From Eledone cirrhosa (taxonomy: Eukaryota), in assembly GCA_964016885.1 (NCBI GenBank), contig OZ024741.1:180482001-180546000 (forward strand): DNA of 64,000 nucleotides, in the 5' to 3' direction. A program made the translations under genes and the position numbers. Position 1 is the stretch's first letter. Each line of letters starts with the position of its first letter. The notes below the pieces were generated by a model. That model was not told where the DNA came from, searched no databases, and was given only the letters and a program-made list of their open reading frames with translations. Positions 12,151 through 26,082 of the stretch are shown piece by piece.

Positions 12151-13252
12151 AGTAGTAGTATGATCATAATCATCATTATACTATTTCAACTGTCCATTCT
12201 GAAGCCAATTATGATGGGTAGAATGAGTCATAACAAATGACTCATGGTTCCTCAAATTTTCTTCATTTATATTTCAAAAATGTTTGTTGTTTTTATTGTT
12301 ATTTATAATTATTGGCAGAATTGTTAGTGTGTCAGATAATATACTTTATGGTATTTAATTACATCTGTACTCTATGATTTCAAAGTACAGTAGTACCAGT
12401 ATACTTCTAAAGTGTGGTACCAGTCAACTATTGGTTATTTTATTAACTTTAATCAACTTTCCCTTCTACCCCACTGAAATTCCTAGCTTGTGCCAAATGT
12501 AGAAACAATTATGGAGTAGCCTTAGTTTTATTGCATACCATCCAATAACTTATCACAGTCATACTACCAAGTGTTATGAAGGTGTGTAGCTTAGTGGTTA
12601 GGGTCATAAGATCATGCATTTGATTCTTGGCAACAAGAATTGGCTGCAAAAAAATGAGTTGTACCTGTAATTCAAAGGGTCAGTTTTGTCATACAATCTT
12701 TCACACTGAATCTACCAAAAAATTATTTATGTGAAGAGAAGAATACACACATCAGTGGAATGCTCAGCCACTTTCAAATTAATTTCAAGAGCAAGCTGTC
12801 CTTGGATCAAACAACTATAACACTCATTGTTAGAAATGTGCAATGTCTTGATGAATCTCCTACAAAACTACATTCAAAAGCAGATCTCATCAGCTGCAAC
12901 ACTTATTGTTGGAACCAACAAAGGTCCAAAACACACACACACGCACACGCACACACACACACACTGATACAGATTCTTCAAATAATTGTTTCTAATTTAT
13001 GCACAAGGCCAGCAATTTTAGAGGAAAGGGAAGTTTATCATATCAACACTAGTACTTAACTGGTACTCTATTTTATTGATTCTGAAAGGATGAAAAGCGA
13101 AGTTAACCTCAGTAGGATTCAAACTCTGAACATAAACAGCTGTAAGTAAATGTGTAACACATTGTGTTTGATGGTCTAATGATTCTGCCAATTGGCCATC
13201 CTACAGATTTTCAAGATAATGATTGCTTCTTTGATTATTTTTTTCCTTGCAG

Positions 13253-13351
13253 GACTTTCAAAAATTAGAAGAAGAAAGAATTGATATGCAACGTAATCTC
13301 TTGTGGGTTGTGTTGAATGCTAGATCTCAAGTTTCAGTTAAAGAAGATAAG
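13253..13351 (+). CDS. PSTPIP1: PSTPIP1/2-like exon D (DFQKLEEERIDMQRNLLWVVLNARSQVSVKEDK)
   Basis: Polypyrimidine tract plus gcag acceptor, AG|gtaaca donor, 99 nt. F-BAR motif FQxxExxRxxxxRNxLW, as in PSTPIP1 [33 protein letters not shown]. Confidence 0.92.
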
Positions 13352-14739
13352 GTAACAACTCAGTTCTCATTACTTACTAGCTCTCCTCCCTTTGACACTG
13401 CTATCACAACAACAATGGCTTTTGCTTTTCAGACCTGGCTGGCTGGTCTTGTACCATTCCTACTCAGGCATTCCCTTTTCACTCATCTCTCCTCCTCTTA
13501 TCACCCATGTTGTGTTCAGCCATGCCAAGCCACACATTAATAACCACTATGCTTTGTTGTTCCTTACAAGAACATCAACCTTCTCTAACTCCTCCTGACT
13601 CACTCGTCTCTTTTCCTCTCATCATCCCTGTTGTGTCTAAATAATAATTACTACACCCAGTCTGTCCTGTCCAGAATAGTAGCCCACTAGAAACTCCCAC
13701 CATACTCATGTCTTTCTAAAACATATTGACTTGAAACACTTTAACTCTTTTGATACCATATTTCTAATGAGAGACAATGACTAGGATTTTTAAATAATTC
13801 TGAAAATTAAATCAAGGATTTGGAAACATTTAGTAATTTTACTAACTTTCTCATTATAAAGTTGGTGTTTGGAACATAACTTAAACAAATGTTCTTATAT
13901 AAAATTATGATGGAAGGTTTTTTTTTTAGATAAATGTTTAAAACAAACAGTTTTATATCATTGAACCAGGAATGATTTCAGATAGTTTGGTATGAGAAAG
14001 GTTATGTTAATGGCATTGATCTCATCAGTTTGGGAGGGACTTCAAAATCGAAAGGCACTGTCCCTTCCTACAGACACAAGCAAAAAGTAGTTGTATCACT
14101 GAAATCCTGACCTAAAGTCTGTGTAGTTTCAAACTCTACAATAGACAATATATTTTATATATTTACAGCATTTCTTTCCTAATTATCATTTTTGATTTCT
14201 AAAATTGGCACATAGTCAGGAATTTTGTGCGAGATGAGGCAACTTGAGTGTAATGTTGATTTTGTCGTTCTAGCTCTCTGTATTCTAAGTTAACTACTTT
14301 GGATAGAGCAGACTTAATCTATTGACTATTTTAACACCACCACATGACTTCTGGGTGATAGAATTAATATGTTTCCAGATTTAACATTACCTCATAGCCC
14401 TTGTGTGATTAAATACTCTGTTGCAAGTATTTAGGTCAGATCTCCAGTTTGTAGATACTTTTCTCCCCAACTTCATCTCACCAATCTCAGGGGAGGGTGG
14501 CTGAAAACTGTCATGGCCATTAGCCTTCACTTCTTGACTAAAAAGTGAAAAAGAACTTGAAAATATTCTATTAGAAAATTTCTCTTTATTTTTCAAAATT
14601 GAGGTCAATTGAATTGACTTTCCCACCCATCCTTACCTCAAATTGCTGGCCTGATTAAGGCCTTATTAAGATCTTATAAATACTGTTTGCAATGTTAATT
14701 TTTTTAATTTAATTTCTTTGTTTTTATATTGTTTTGCAG

Positions 14740-14836
14740 TGTTATGAAAATGTTCGCAAAATATTGGAACAGTGTGATATTCCGGGTGAATTAAAAGACT
14801 TCATTACAAACCACCAAACAGGTTCAATACGACCTG
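14740..14836 (+). CDS. PSTPIP1: PSTPIP1/2-like exon E (CYENVRKILEQCDIPGELKDFITNHQTGSIRP), end of F-BAR
   Basis: ttttgcag acceptor, G|gtaggt donor, 97 nt, phase 0-1. Matches PSTPIP1 [32 protein letters not shown]. Confidence 0.92.
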
Positions 14837-15043
14837 GTAGGTTGGTCGTTTACTTCGATATATGACTGCTATATACTACAACATAACAAACAAGTATTTT
14901 GTGGTCCTTTCCATTTGGGTGTCCATGAAAGACTTCATACTCGTCAAGGCTCCTTTATATATGAGCCTTGTCACTCTGGAGTTTCACCTGTGCACTCACA
15001 GGATCATCTAATGATCCTGCAATAACACAGATATATGATGATG

Positions 15044-15079
<36 letters not shown>

Positions 15080-16124
15080 TTGTTCTGCAAGATTCTTGAT
15101 GTGAAATCATGTGTTGAAACTGATATTGTTATATTTTGGGATAGCCATGTTACCAATAGAAAGAAACACAGGCACCATATAATTTTCACTTTATCATTAT
15201 TGTCTGTTATTCATTTGTCTATCAAAGTTCTTTCATCACACATTCCGTGACCACCCCAATGATTATCTATTTTGTGCCTCCTCTTTTTCCTGGTCTTAAA
15301 CTTCTACTCCATCTTGTCTTTGTTTGTTTTGTGGTGCACTTTTGTGTTTCGTGTCTGCATGCGTCTCTGTGTGTGTGTATGTGTTTTCGTGTTTGTCATG
15401 TTTATGTGTGTGTTTGTGACTTTATTCTGTCTTCAGTCATTAAGTTGTGGGTTGTTACTATTCCACTTGTGTTTTCTGTTCAGACTAGGTCTATCATCTA
15501 TTATGTGAGAGGCCTCTATAATTTGTCTGAGTGTTGCATCAGTTCTATGTGTGGATAGGGTCTTTATTTCTATGTTATCTATCTGTGAGTAAGGCACACA
15601 TGAATTATTGGAGTTTCATTCTGGACGAATAATTTCAATGTCATGTTTGTCAAAAAACCTGCAAGTCACAGGGAAGATTGAAGCGGCACTTAAATATTTA
15701 TAACAAACAAGTGGAAAATGGAGCCAATGCTGAAATGAGACATTGCTGCAGTATTTGCAGTCAACTCTTGAAACCCCTTTCAGGGCTCAAAAGTCATTTA
15801 AGATATCACACTAGGAAAGATCAATCATAGGTACAAGAAGATGTCAAGCTCTATAAGGAGCAGACAACAACCACCACAACCATCATCATCATCATTATCT
15901 CCATTTAATACCTACTCTCTATGCTTGCATTGGATATGTATATATATCATCATTTAACATCCATTTTCCCTGCTAACAAAGTCTGGAATTTTTTATGGTT
16001 ATGCTACAGTTAGGTTTATTGATGGGTTTGTTGACAACTATCTTTGGCAGGGTAGCTTTCGTCACAATAATACTTTACAATGGGCTTCTGAGTTCGTGTG
16101 TGTGTGTGTGCATGTATATACATA

Positions 16125-16334
<210 letters not shown>

Positions 16335-16453
16335 ATCTATATAAACAGATTTAAAAAAAAATTTAATCCATAAAACAATATATAAGCAATAATTTTTAAC
16401 AAATTAGCCACATAATTAAATTTGTAAATATGTTGTTCTTGTTATATTTTTAG

Positions 16454-16585
16454 CTAGTTTAAAATACAACTGTCTTGAAGAAATGAGAAAGGATAGCCAG
16501 GTGTCACATGCCCAAGAGTCTGTCTCAGACGGTGACTATTCTTCCATTCAGTTCCCACATGCTAAGAAGTTAAATTTGGATATAG
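16454..16585 (+). CDS. PSTPIP1: PSTPIP1/2-like exon F (ASLKYNCLEEMRKDSQVSHAQESVSDGDYSSIQFPHAKKLNLDI)
   Basis: tttttag acceptor, AG|gtaagt donor, 132 nt open, phase 1-1. Contains an acidic tyrosine motif, DGDYSSI. Confidence 0.8.
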
Positions 16586-16678
16586 GTAAGTAGAGTTATT
16601 CAGTAGATCTAGCTGTTATTATCATCACCATCATCATCACTCACCAATGCCATTACCCTTTATATAATATAATGATAA

Positions 16679-16859
16679 TAATTGTTTCTACTTTTGGCAC
16701 AAGGCCAGCAATTATCCCAATGCATTACTGGTACTTTATTTTATCGACTCCATAAGGATAAAAGGCAAAGTTAACCTCGGCGGGATTTGAACACAGACCG
16801 TAAAGGGACATAACTATGCTGGAAAGCATGGTGTCCGACCCTCTACCAATACTGCCAAA
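16679..16859 (-). mobile_element. tRNA-derived SINE copy
   Basis: Same family as 431-622. Confidence 0.9.
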
Positions 16860-16879
16860 ATAATAATAATGAAAATTAT

Positions 16880-17728
16880 TGTGTACACTGCTCAGGTGCA
16901 CTACAACTCATCAAAGGTGCATGTATAGTACATAAAATAATGTACTAATGTCAGGAAAGTGAGCAGTGTATGAGTCTTGATATACACAGATACAAGTATG
17001 CGCGTGTATGGAGGGGCTTATCAGGTGTGGTGTGAGCAAATTTTTGGAAGCATGGAAGTTTTGAAGGATGCAGTGTCTTGACAGCTAACAACTGATGCAA
17101 GTAGTTTGTTCCATGCTTCAGCAACACTGAGCATGAAAAAATGTTTCCGAAAATCATGGAGCTGTGCTGTTTTCTGATCTTGTAAGCATGTCCACAAGTG
17201 TTAGACACATGGGTTTCTAAAAGGTGCTCACGGTTGTTGTTGGCAAGATGGTTAATAATTTTATGGGTGTCTACCAAGTCAGTTGCCAGACTTAAGAGCT
17301 TTAATGTACCCATGCCCAGGGAAGCAAAGCATTCAGAGTAAGGTAGATGCCTGATGGAGGGTATGCGTTTGGTTGCATATCTCTGAACAGTTTCCAGAAA
17401 ATCAATATTCTGAGAAAGATAGGGGTTCCAGGCTGGTGATGCAAATTCTAAGTGTAGATGCATCATAGTTATATACAGCTTTAGATAGATAGATGGAGAG
17501 TGGCTGACAAAGGTCTTGTGAGTGATGCTAAGACATCCTCGGCCTTCTTGACAATTTTAAAGATGTGTTTTGTCCAATGCAAATCGCTGTTGACAATAAT
17601 GCCCAGATCATGTTCGCAAGAAAACTTATTGAGATTGGTGTTGTGGAGGGTGTATGTAAATGCTGCATTTTTCCTCTCAAAATGCATGGTGGTATACTTG
17701 TCCAGAGACAGCTTGAGTTGCCAGTCCG
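16880..17728 (-). mobile_element. CR1-clade LINE 3' fragment
   Basis: WQLKLSLDK..EHDLGIIVNSDLHW..HLEFASPAWNPYL..LETVQRYATKRIP..LPYSE. Confidence 0.88.
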
Positions 17729-18175
17729 TAATATATTCATCATCATCATCACTGTCAACAATACCATTGGCCTTCTTTTTAATCATCATCCAGATAGGTA
17801 ATGAATTGACAGTTGTGTTATTTATTCTAACTATCTATACCCGGAGTTCAACTCCTACCCAGTCAACTTGACCTTTCATACTTTCAGAGTCAATAAATAT
17901 AGTACCCAACAAGTAATGGCTTGATTCTTCTCTCTCTCTGTCTCTCTTCCTGTATCTCTCTTCATCTCTCTCTCTCTCTATCTATCTCTACATATTTCTC
18001 CCCACCTTTCTCTCTCTATTTCTCACTTTCTCTCTGTCTTTCTCTGTCTTTAATCAATTTTATATGATGTCTCGTACTTTTCCATTAACAATTGTTTTAT
18101 TCTTATGTTTTATTACATATTTTATTCACTTTTATTTATGTATTTATATATATTTAATTTTTCTTTCTCCCTTAG

Positions 18176-18207
18176 ATGGTCCATAATTGGATATGAAAAT
18201 TCACCAG
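18176..18207 (+). CDS. Probable small PSTPIP-like exon G; as assembled reads DGP-stop, with one more A it reads DGPIIGYENSP
   Basis: Strong acceptor (tttttctttctcccttag) and CAG|gtaaag donor. 32 nt, one base short of a symmetric phase 1-1 exon. Confidence 0.6.
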
Positions 18208-18260
18208 GTAAAGTATTTAAATATATTTTTGAAATAAAATAAAAAATAACTTTGATAAAT

Positions 18261-18679
18261 AATTGTTTCTACTTTAGGCACAAGGCCAGCAATGACCCAG
18301 TGCATTACTGGTACTTTATTTTATCGACCCCGTAAGGATGAAAGGCAAAGTCAACCTCGGTGGGATTTGAACTCAGATCGTAAAGGGACGTAACTATGCT
18401 GGAAAACATGGCGTCCGACCCTCTACCAATACTGCCAATCCACCAATAACTTTGATAAATAATGCTTTCTGATTTAGGCACAAGGCCAACAATTTTGGGG
18501 GAGAGGAAAGTCGATTAAATCGACCCATGATATTACTGGTACTTTATTTTATCGACCCCATAAGGATGAAAGGCAAAGCTAACCTCAGCGGGATTTGAAC
18601 TCAGAACGTAAAGGGTCATAACTCTATGATGCTAAGCATATTGTCTAACACTCTACCAATTCAGCCAATCCACCGCCCT
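18261..18679 (-). mobile_element. Two adjacent tRNA-derived SINE copies
   Basis: Same family as 431-622. The second copy has the longer GGGGGAGAGGAAAGTCGATTAAATCGAC variant. Confidence 0.9.
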
Positions 18680-19336
18680 TTGATAAATAATAAATCATTA
18701 TTGCTTTAGCTAGTGGTGCCACAAGATGATGATCATTTTGATAACAACCCATCCCAAACTGCCCCTCTTTCTAAAGAAAACCACCCATTTTAAAGGGTTC
18801 CTATTTAACTCTTGATTGTAATCAACCCCAAGTTCTACGACCCAGGTTCTACGAAACATTTTAATGGATTCCTACTTAAATTAGAAATTTTAAAATTCAA
18901 AATATTTCATGAGAAATATGGTAATGAAAAGATTAATAAATAACAATGTATCAAAATGACTGATAAAGTCATTAACCCTTTCATTACCATATTTCTAATG
19001 AAAAACACAATTGATGGTTTCCAAATAATTTTGAAAATAATCAAGAATTTGTCAGGGTTTAGTAATATAATTAATTTGTTTGTTATCAAGCTGATGTTAG
19101 GAACATAACTTAACAAATGTTCTTACATAAAATTATGATGGAAGGTTTTTAGATAAATATAAACATTTTAAAATAAAGAACTTTGTATGTAAATTTAGAA
19201 AAATGTTTTGAAAGTTTGTAGCATTCGTGTGTGACAAACAGACAAAAAGACTATACAGTTATTGTAATATAGAGTATGTATATAATACAGTATTTCTTTT
19301 TCTTTATTAAAGAAAGCTTATAATTCTTCATTCCAG

Positions 19337-19383
19337 ACTATTATATGGAAGTTTGCAGTCATGTAATAACAGTGGATGCTTGA
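19337..19383 (+). CDS. Candidate terminal coding exon of the PSTPIP-like gene (DYYMEVCSHVITVDA*)
   Basis: ttcttcattccag acceptor, open in phase 1 up to TGA, followed by AT-rich UTR-like sequence. No homology support. Confidence 0.4.
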
Positions 19384-19681
19384 GAATTCTTTATGTGATA
19401 TTACCGATAATACTTGTCCATGAAGATTGCTTGCATTTTTGTCAAGTCTTCTATTTTTAACTTGAATACTTTTTAACTTTGAAAATCGGGATTTTAACTT
19501 TTGTGAAGTCTGCAATGAGAATCATTTAACCATTCCTACCATTTGTGATTATCACCATCATCATCATCATCATCAATCAAATCAATGTTATCATTAAGAC
19601 AAGATGGACCTACCAATCATTTCAATTATAGCTTCCTTACTATTCTAGAAATAAGAAAATAATGTTGCAATTACATCGTGG

Positions 19682-20472
19682 AAGAGTGATTTAACCATTA
19701 ACCCTTTAGCATTTACATTACTCTATATATACTATTGTATTTTTGTGGTAAAGACTTTATCTTACATAATTAGTTAATATCGAATCTATGAGATTTTGAT
19801 GTTATTTATTTTGAGAACAATACCTTAACCCTTTCGTTACCATATTTCTAACCAAAATACACCCCTTATGTGTTTCAATTAATTTCTAACATAATCATAA
19901 ATTTAGTCTGGTTTCATTAAACAACTCTAACTTTTTTATTTATCAACATATTAATGTGATTTTTTGAAGAAAATTTAATGAAAGGTTCTCAACCAATTCT
20001 ATTCCATAATTTTTGTCTCAAAGTGACTCTAATTACAGGTAAATACAGGTAAATTCAACAAAATATGAAATTATTTAAATTTTGTTCAAACATCGCTATA
20101 GAAAATGGGTTATTAGCTAATATTCAATTGGGTATACAACAAAATTTTACTATAGAAGAGTTGTGCACATTAGTATCAGTGGCCAGTTATGGCTGGTTTG
20201 AACAGAGGTAGGTGAGAGAATTCTGGATGAATACAGCTGGTTTAAATGCTAAAGGGTTAACACAAAAACAAGAAAAACACCAAAACTGTTAACTTTATAT
20301 TACATTTATCATATACTTCATGGTGTTAACATTTTCATTGCAGTTTTTGCAACCTGATCATTGATACAGTGTCACAAATAATGTGACAAAAATGTTGACA
20401 CCAAGAAATAAATGATAAATGTAAAGTGAAATTAACAGTTTTTGTGTGTTTTTGAATGGTTGAAATCATTCA
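19682..20472. mobile_element. Nested DNA-transposon MITEs: outer IR element, TTAA MITE at 19702-20256, and an inner TTAA element starting ~19830
   Basis: TTAA|CCCTTTAGCATTT..AAATGCTAAAGGG|TTAA is interrupted at an internal TTAA by CCCTTTCGTTACCATATTTC. The outer ends GTGATTTAACCATT / AATGGTTGAAATCA are inverted. Confidence 0.7.
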
Positions 20473-22521
20473 CTGTAATTGGTTTAGTTTCAACACATGG
20501 TCTCAGATCAGGTCACTCGCCTGATGGAGTACAACTCTGAAAATATTGTTACTACCAGAAAAAAGACATTTTTGGGGCTTCATCAGATACAATTTAGTAT
20601 ATTAATTTATCTGCTGGGTTTAATATTATTTAATTTTAACATTTTTTTTTTTTGTTATTTAATAATTTTTGTGCAACACTGGGAAAATGTTTTTGTTTTT
20701 TTTTGTTCTGATATTCCTTTTTCTTACATTAATTTATATTAATTCAATGTTTCAGTTGTAAATAAAATAACATGTTAACTGCTGTGTAAGAAGTAGGTTT
20801 AATAGTCTAACCCTATTTCATTTATATATTTCTACACATTTCATAGGAAATATTCATGAATAACTTTAATTTCTTTAACATATTAGAATATCATATTTGT
20901 TGTTCATATTGACATAAAAAAACAGTAGAAAGAGAGAAACTTTAACTCTAATTTTTTTCAATTACTGGAAAGAATGTTTGATGCAAAAATATTTTAAATT
21001 CAAAGCTACTGGGCAGCAACATTTTGATCTGCACAGCACCAGTACTGTGACAGCATAGCTATGCACTCATACAGCTTAGATAGAATGTTGACCATGAGCC
21101 AAATATTTCTTAACATTTATTATGACCAGTTCAGCTGAATTGTATCAAATGTCTCCTATACTTCACTGTGAGAAGGCAGAACCTTGATTGTAAGACAAAT
21201 ATTTATTAGCAACTATTATGACAAGCTTAACTGAATTATTTTCAAACACCTCCCACACTTCACTGTGAGAAGGCAATCATTCCATTATATATTTAAATAG
21301 TTTCATTAACTCTCTACTCTATCACTGCTAAATTCCCTACATTAACAATGCTAAACTCCTGACACTAACACTGATAAATGTTCTTCTCTGAACAGGAAAC
21401 AATACATTTATAAACTATTTCAAAGGAGTATTTAGATTTGTTGATAATTTAGCTTAGTGGTAGAACACCTATTTCAAACTGTGCTATTCTTTTTTTTAAA
21501 GTATTTGTAGGTGGGTAATAGATATGTTGCCATATATATACAGTATGAAGTTTAGTTTCGTTTCTATGACTGCAGATTATATTTACTGCTGTCAGTAGCA
21601 TCATATTATGGGAGTGATATGTTACAAAGAAAATATTTAAAACAACAAAAAAAGCAGTTTTGTTTATTGTTATTAACTCTATTTGTGTGATTTTATTCTG
21701 AATCATTATATTTTGAGGCCAATATCCTTGATATTTACTGTTCTCTTGATTGTCTTTTTGTCTTGAAAGGAATGTTCTTCTACTATTAGGGTAAGGCTAC
21801 ATCACTTGAAGGATCATTCATTGGTGTTTATTTCAAATTTAGACTTGTTTTTGTTGTTGGCAACTCAACCAAAATAAAGGAACTCTGACATTGGTTCTTG
21901 TAGGTTGTGGGCCACTATTGAAGTTCTCTTCCCATTAGTCTTCAAACTAATAAAAGCAGCTCTGCATTCCACCACAACAGTATTCATGAATACTTACACT
22001 TTGTCTTCTTGATAACCATTTCAGCATGAATGAGTAAAATTCTTTGTTGGTTTGTGTCTATAATAAAGAACATCATAGACTTTCCCAAACATATGCAGTC
22101 TTTCCCTGTCCTCAGAATGGAAGTGTTTTTAACAAATTATTGAAATAATTAGACCCGTCCTATAAACACTTTCATATTAATGTCCATTTTAAAAATGCTG
22201 GGATTCATTATAATTCAGAATGTTGGCATGACACAGGCAAGACCTATCTACTGTTTGAAAATGTATTTAAATGGAAAAAAAAACTAAAAAGTATATATAT
22301 AAAATTATTTTTATGAATACATAATTTAAGAAAAACGTTTATAAATACCAAATGACAATATACTGTTAACATGTTCCTCATCTCACTATTAACTTTGTAT
22401 CATCATCAACAATTAATTCTTGTTAATTCTAGTTGCTTCTGTAGTATTCATTACACTGGTTACAAATAATCACTTTTGAAAATCATTTTATAGAACTTAA
22501 GGTTTATTCTGCTGATTATAT

Positions 22522-23110
22522 AACATTACATATAGTTGTGTAACACAATCAACACATTATATGACATTACATATAGTTGTGTAACACAGTCAACACACTA
22601 TATGGTAACATTACATATGGTTGTGTAACACAGTCAACACATTATATGGTATCATTACATATAGTTGTGTAACACAGTCAACACACTATATGGTAACATT
22701 ACATATGGTTGTGTAACACAGTCAACATATTATATGGCATTACATATAGTTGTGTAACACAGTCAACACATTATATGGTAACATTACATATAGTTGTGTA
22801 ACACAGTCAACACACTATATGGTAACATTATATATAGTTGTGTAACACAGTCAACATATTATATAGCATTACATGTAGTTGTGTAACACAATCAACACAT
22901 TATATGACAACATTATATATAGTTGTGTAACACAGTCAACACACTATATGGTAACATTACATATAGTTATGCAACACAGCCATTACATGTGACACCATTA
23001 CATATAGTTATGTAACACAACCATTACACATGACAATATTACATATAGTTATGTAACACAACCAATGCATTATATGAGAAACTTACATGAAATCATGTAA
23101 CATAGTCTAC
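22522..23110. repeat. Minisatellite, 41-44-bp unit (acattacatatagttgtgtaacacagtcaacacactatatggta), ~13 copies
   Basis: Directly visible tandem repetition. Confidence 0.95.
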
Positions 23111-25667
23111 ACATTTAAAAACATTGTTTCTTGTGAATTATTTTACATTTCTGCTAGAAAACTCTTCTAATTCACCTGTCTCTTGCAAACTGTTGTGTAT
23201 ATCATTCTCTCATTACTTGTGATTTACATTCTTGCTTAAAAAAAGATAAATGTATTAAAATACATTAATTTTTTTTTAAATGATAACTTAAACCACTGTA
23301 AAGTGGTAAGTCAGTTAATTTTGTAGCCTAGAACTGTCAGTCGATGTGTAAAAGTTAAAAGATATCTTGTGTATTAAATTATACTGAACTAAACCTATAT
23401 GAATATCAACTGTACTAGAAAGAATTGGTGAAGATTTCTAAATACCTCACCTCTAAAACAGTGAAATGAAAGGGTTAATGTATAACAAGAAGGCCAAATG
23501 ATAAAATCATATGATATACAGCTGGATGACATATGTAGATATGAAATCTCACATGTTATTTGATTGGGGGGGGGGGGGGGGGACTAAACTGCAAGAGAAA
23601 AATCCTATCCTCTTAGACTCACTTATTTTTTAAACCAAATATTTTCAGACAGTTCTGTTTACTGGTATGAAGCAACTAAATCAGGAATAAACTGCATCTT
23701 ATGTTACTATGTAAAGCGGCTAATTGGCAGAGTTGTTAGAATGTTGGATAGAATGTTTTGAGATATTTGTTCTAGCTCTCTGCACTCTAAGTTCAAATCC
23801 CGCTGAGGTCAACTTTACCTTTCATCCTTTCGAGGTCGATAAAAAAAGTACCAGTCCAGAACTGGTGTCGATTCTTCCACTATACCTCTCTCTTTCCTTC
23901 TCTTGAAGAAATCGGCTATGTTCAGATCTGGAGAGAGGATGGGCTCCGCCAGATTTAAAATCTCCAAGACATGCTTATTGTCACAACAGTGTCCCTAGAA
24001 CTCTATCAGGAGTTACAGGTCCATAGATACATATTTCTATGTGGGCTTTCACAATAGCTGCATTTTATTAGGAGCTACATCTATTACTGAGGCAGCCTAT
24101 ATTGAAATTTTATTCAAAATATTTCACCAAACAATTAGGGGGTAAATTCCTCATATGAACCTTTATTTTCAAAGTGAATAATTGGTGCTGGAAAATATTG
24201 CTCAAACTACACTAGTTTGGCTACTTTAAGAAATAACTTGTTCCTGTCAATCCCTACTCCATTACAAATATTTGTAGAAAGGAAGGACATTTGCATCTTT
24301 TGGTTGGTGATTTAGTGTTTTGTTGTCCAGGATATCAATATACACTCTTCTCTCTTTCCCCATATATACATTGGGTATGCTAGTATGCGTTTGAGTATAT
24401 ACAAATACATACATAATATAGATATATATGTGTATATACTTGAATATGTATATGTGAGTATATGTTCATATTTGTGTGCATGTATTTCTCCCTCTGTCCA
24501 TCCCTAAAATATCTTCTATATTCCTAGCGATATTTTTTCTCTTTGGCTACAGAAAGAACTAAATTATAAATGCTAAAATATGGATAACATGCAAAAACAA
24601 ACAGACTTTTCTCTATTTCGAATTTGAGGAAGAAATTGAGGGTACAATTAAGCTATTATTGCTTCACATATAATAAAGTTACTGACTGAAATTAACCACA
24701 TCCTCATCCTTGCAAATGATCTCAAAACCCATTTTTATTATCTGTTCTACTTGACAAAAGCTTATTTTGTCTCAGAACTCTTATCAAAACTTATTAAGTA
24801 AACTGTTCAGTTTAAGTTTAAATAGCCATTTGTCCACAAAAACAAACTATTTCCCTATCTCTTCCTTATCACACACAGACACACATAAATATATATATAT
24901 ATGTGTGTGTGTATGTGTGTATTCTATTTGAACTTTCTTTATTAAGTATTTTTTCATTCCCATGATTCTTTGCGGCCATTGCAAAGCATGTTAGTAATAC
25001 ATCACTACTACAACTATTCTTGTTCTAAATATGAGACTTTGTAGGTTTCAAAACGTTAATAGATTTGTGGATTTAGGAACTTTATTATTCAAAACAAAAC
25101 TTTAAAAAAAAATAATAAGGAAATATGAAAAACCCTTAAAAAAGATCAAACATAAGCACAGTCATGTTTTCAATATAACAGTGTTTGAAAGAAAAATAAT
25201 TCCCTATTTACAGACACACACATACACATACATGCATATGAAGCAAATAAGAGCTATGCAATAAATTAGTTTCAAAGATTATCCAGTTGTTCTTCATCTT
25301 ACATTTATTTTTGTTGTAATCTTTTCATTTCTTTCTCTGTCAAAATATATTACAACAATAAAAATTCCAGTTTGATTCCACTTTGCAGTATCTTAAGCAA
25401 GTATATCACATACTGTAGAGGCATAGAACTAAATACAAGCTGGGCATTTAGCTTTGCATTTTACCATTTCTAACATTGCACTGCTGTCTTAGGAAATCTA
25501 CTACTATTACTACTAGTACTGCTGCTACTATTATTACTAACACTACTACTGCTGCTGCTACTACTACTACTATTGCTGCTGTTGCTACTACTACCACTAC
25601 TAGTGCTGCTGCTACTACTACTACTACTACTACCACTACTACTACTAACAACAATGATGATGATAAT

Positions 25668-26082
25668 AATTGTTTCTACTTTTGGCACAAGGCCAGCAAT
25701 TACCCAGTGCATTACTGGTACTTTATTTTATTGACCCCATAAGGATACATGTCAAAGTTAACCTCAGTGGGATTTGAACTCAGATCATAAAGGGCCGTAA
25801 CTCTATGTTGCAAAGCATGGCGTTTGACCCTCTACCGATACTGCCAATCCCCCGCCCTTAATAATGGATTCTTATATAGGCACATGGCCAGCAATTTTGG
25901 AGGAGGAGAAAATCGATTAAATCGACTGCAGTGTATTACTGGTACTTTATTTTATTGACCACGTAAGGATGAAAGGCAAAGTTAACTTCGGCGAGATTTG
26001 AACTCAGATCATAAAGGACTGTAACTCTTTGCTGCAAAGCATGGCGTCCGACACTCTACCAATACTGCCAATCCACTGCCCT
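25668..26082 (-). mobile_element. Two tRNA-derived SINE copies next to a (CTA/CTG)n microsatellite (25498-25665)
   Basis: Same family as 431-622. Confidence 0.9.

Noticed and set aside
13247-13540. 97-aa ORF as a standalone gene
   Set aside because: Only 13253-13351 is exon. The remainder is intron read-through past the gtaaca donor.
22522-23110. Regular 41-44-bp repeats resembling a CRISPR array (also 1641-1945)
   Set aside because: There are no unique spacers and no cas genes, and the context is eukaryotic. These are plain minisatellites.
25448-25742. Poly-Thr/Ala/Ser/Val ORFs suggesting a mucin-like exon
   Set aside because: A (CTA/CTG)n microsatellite attached to a SINE tail, with no splice or homology support.
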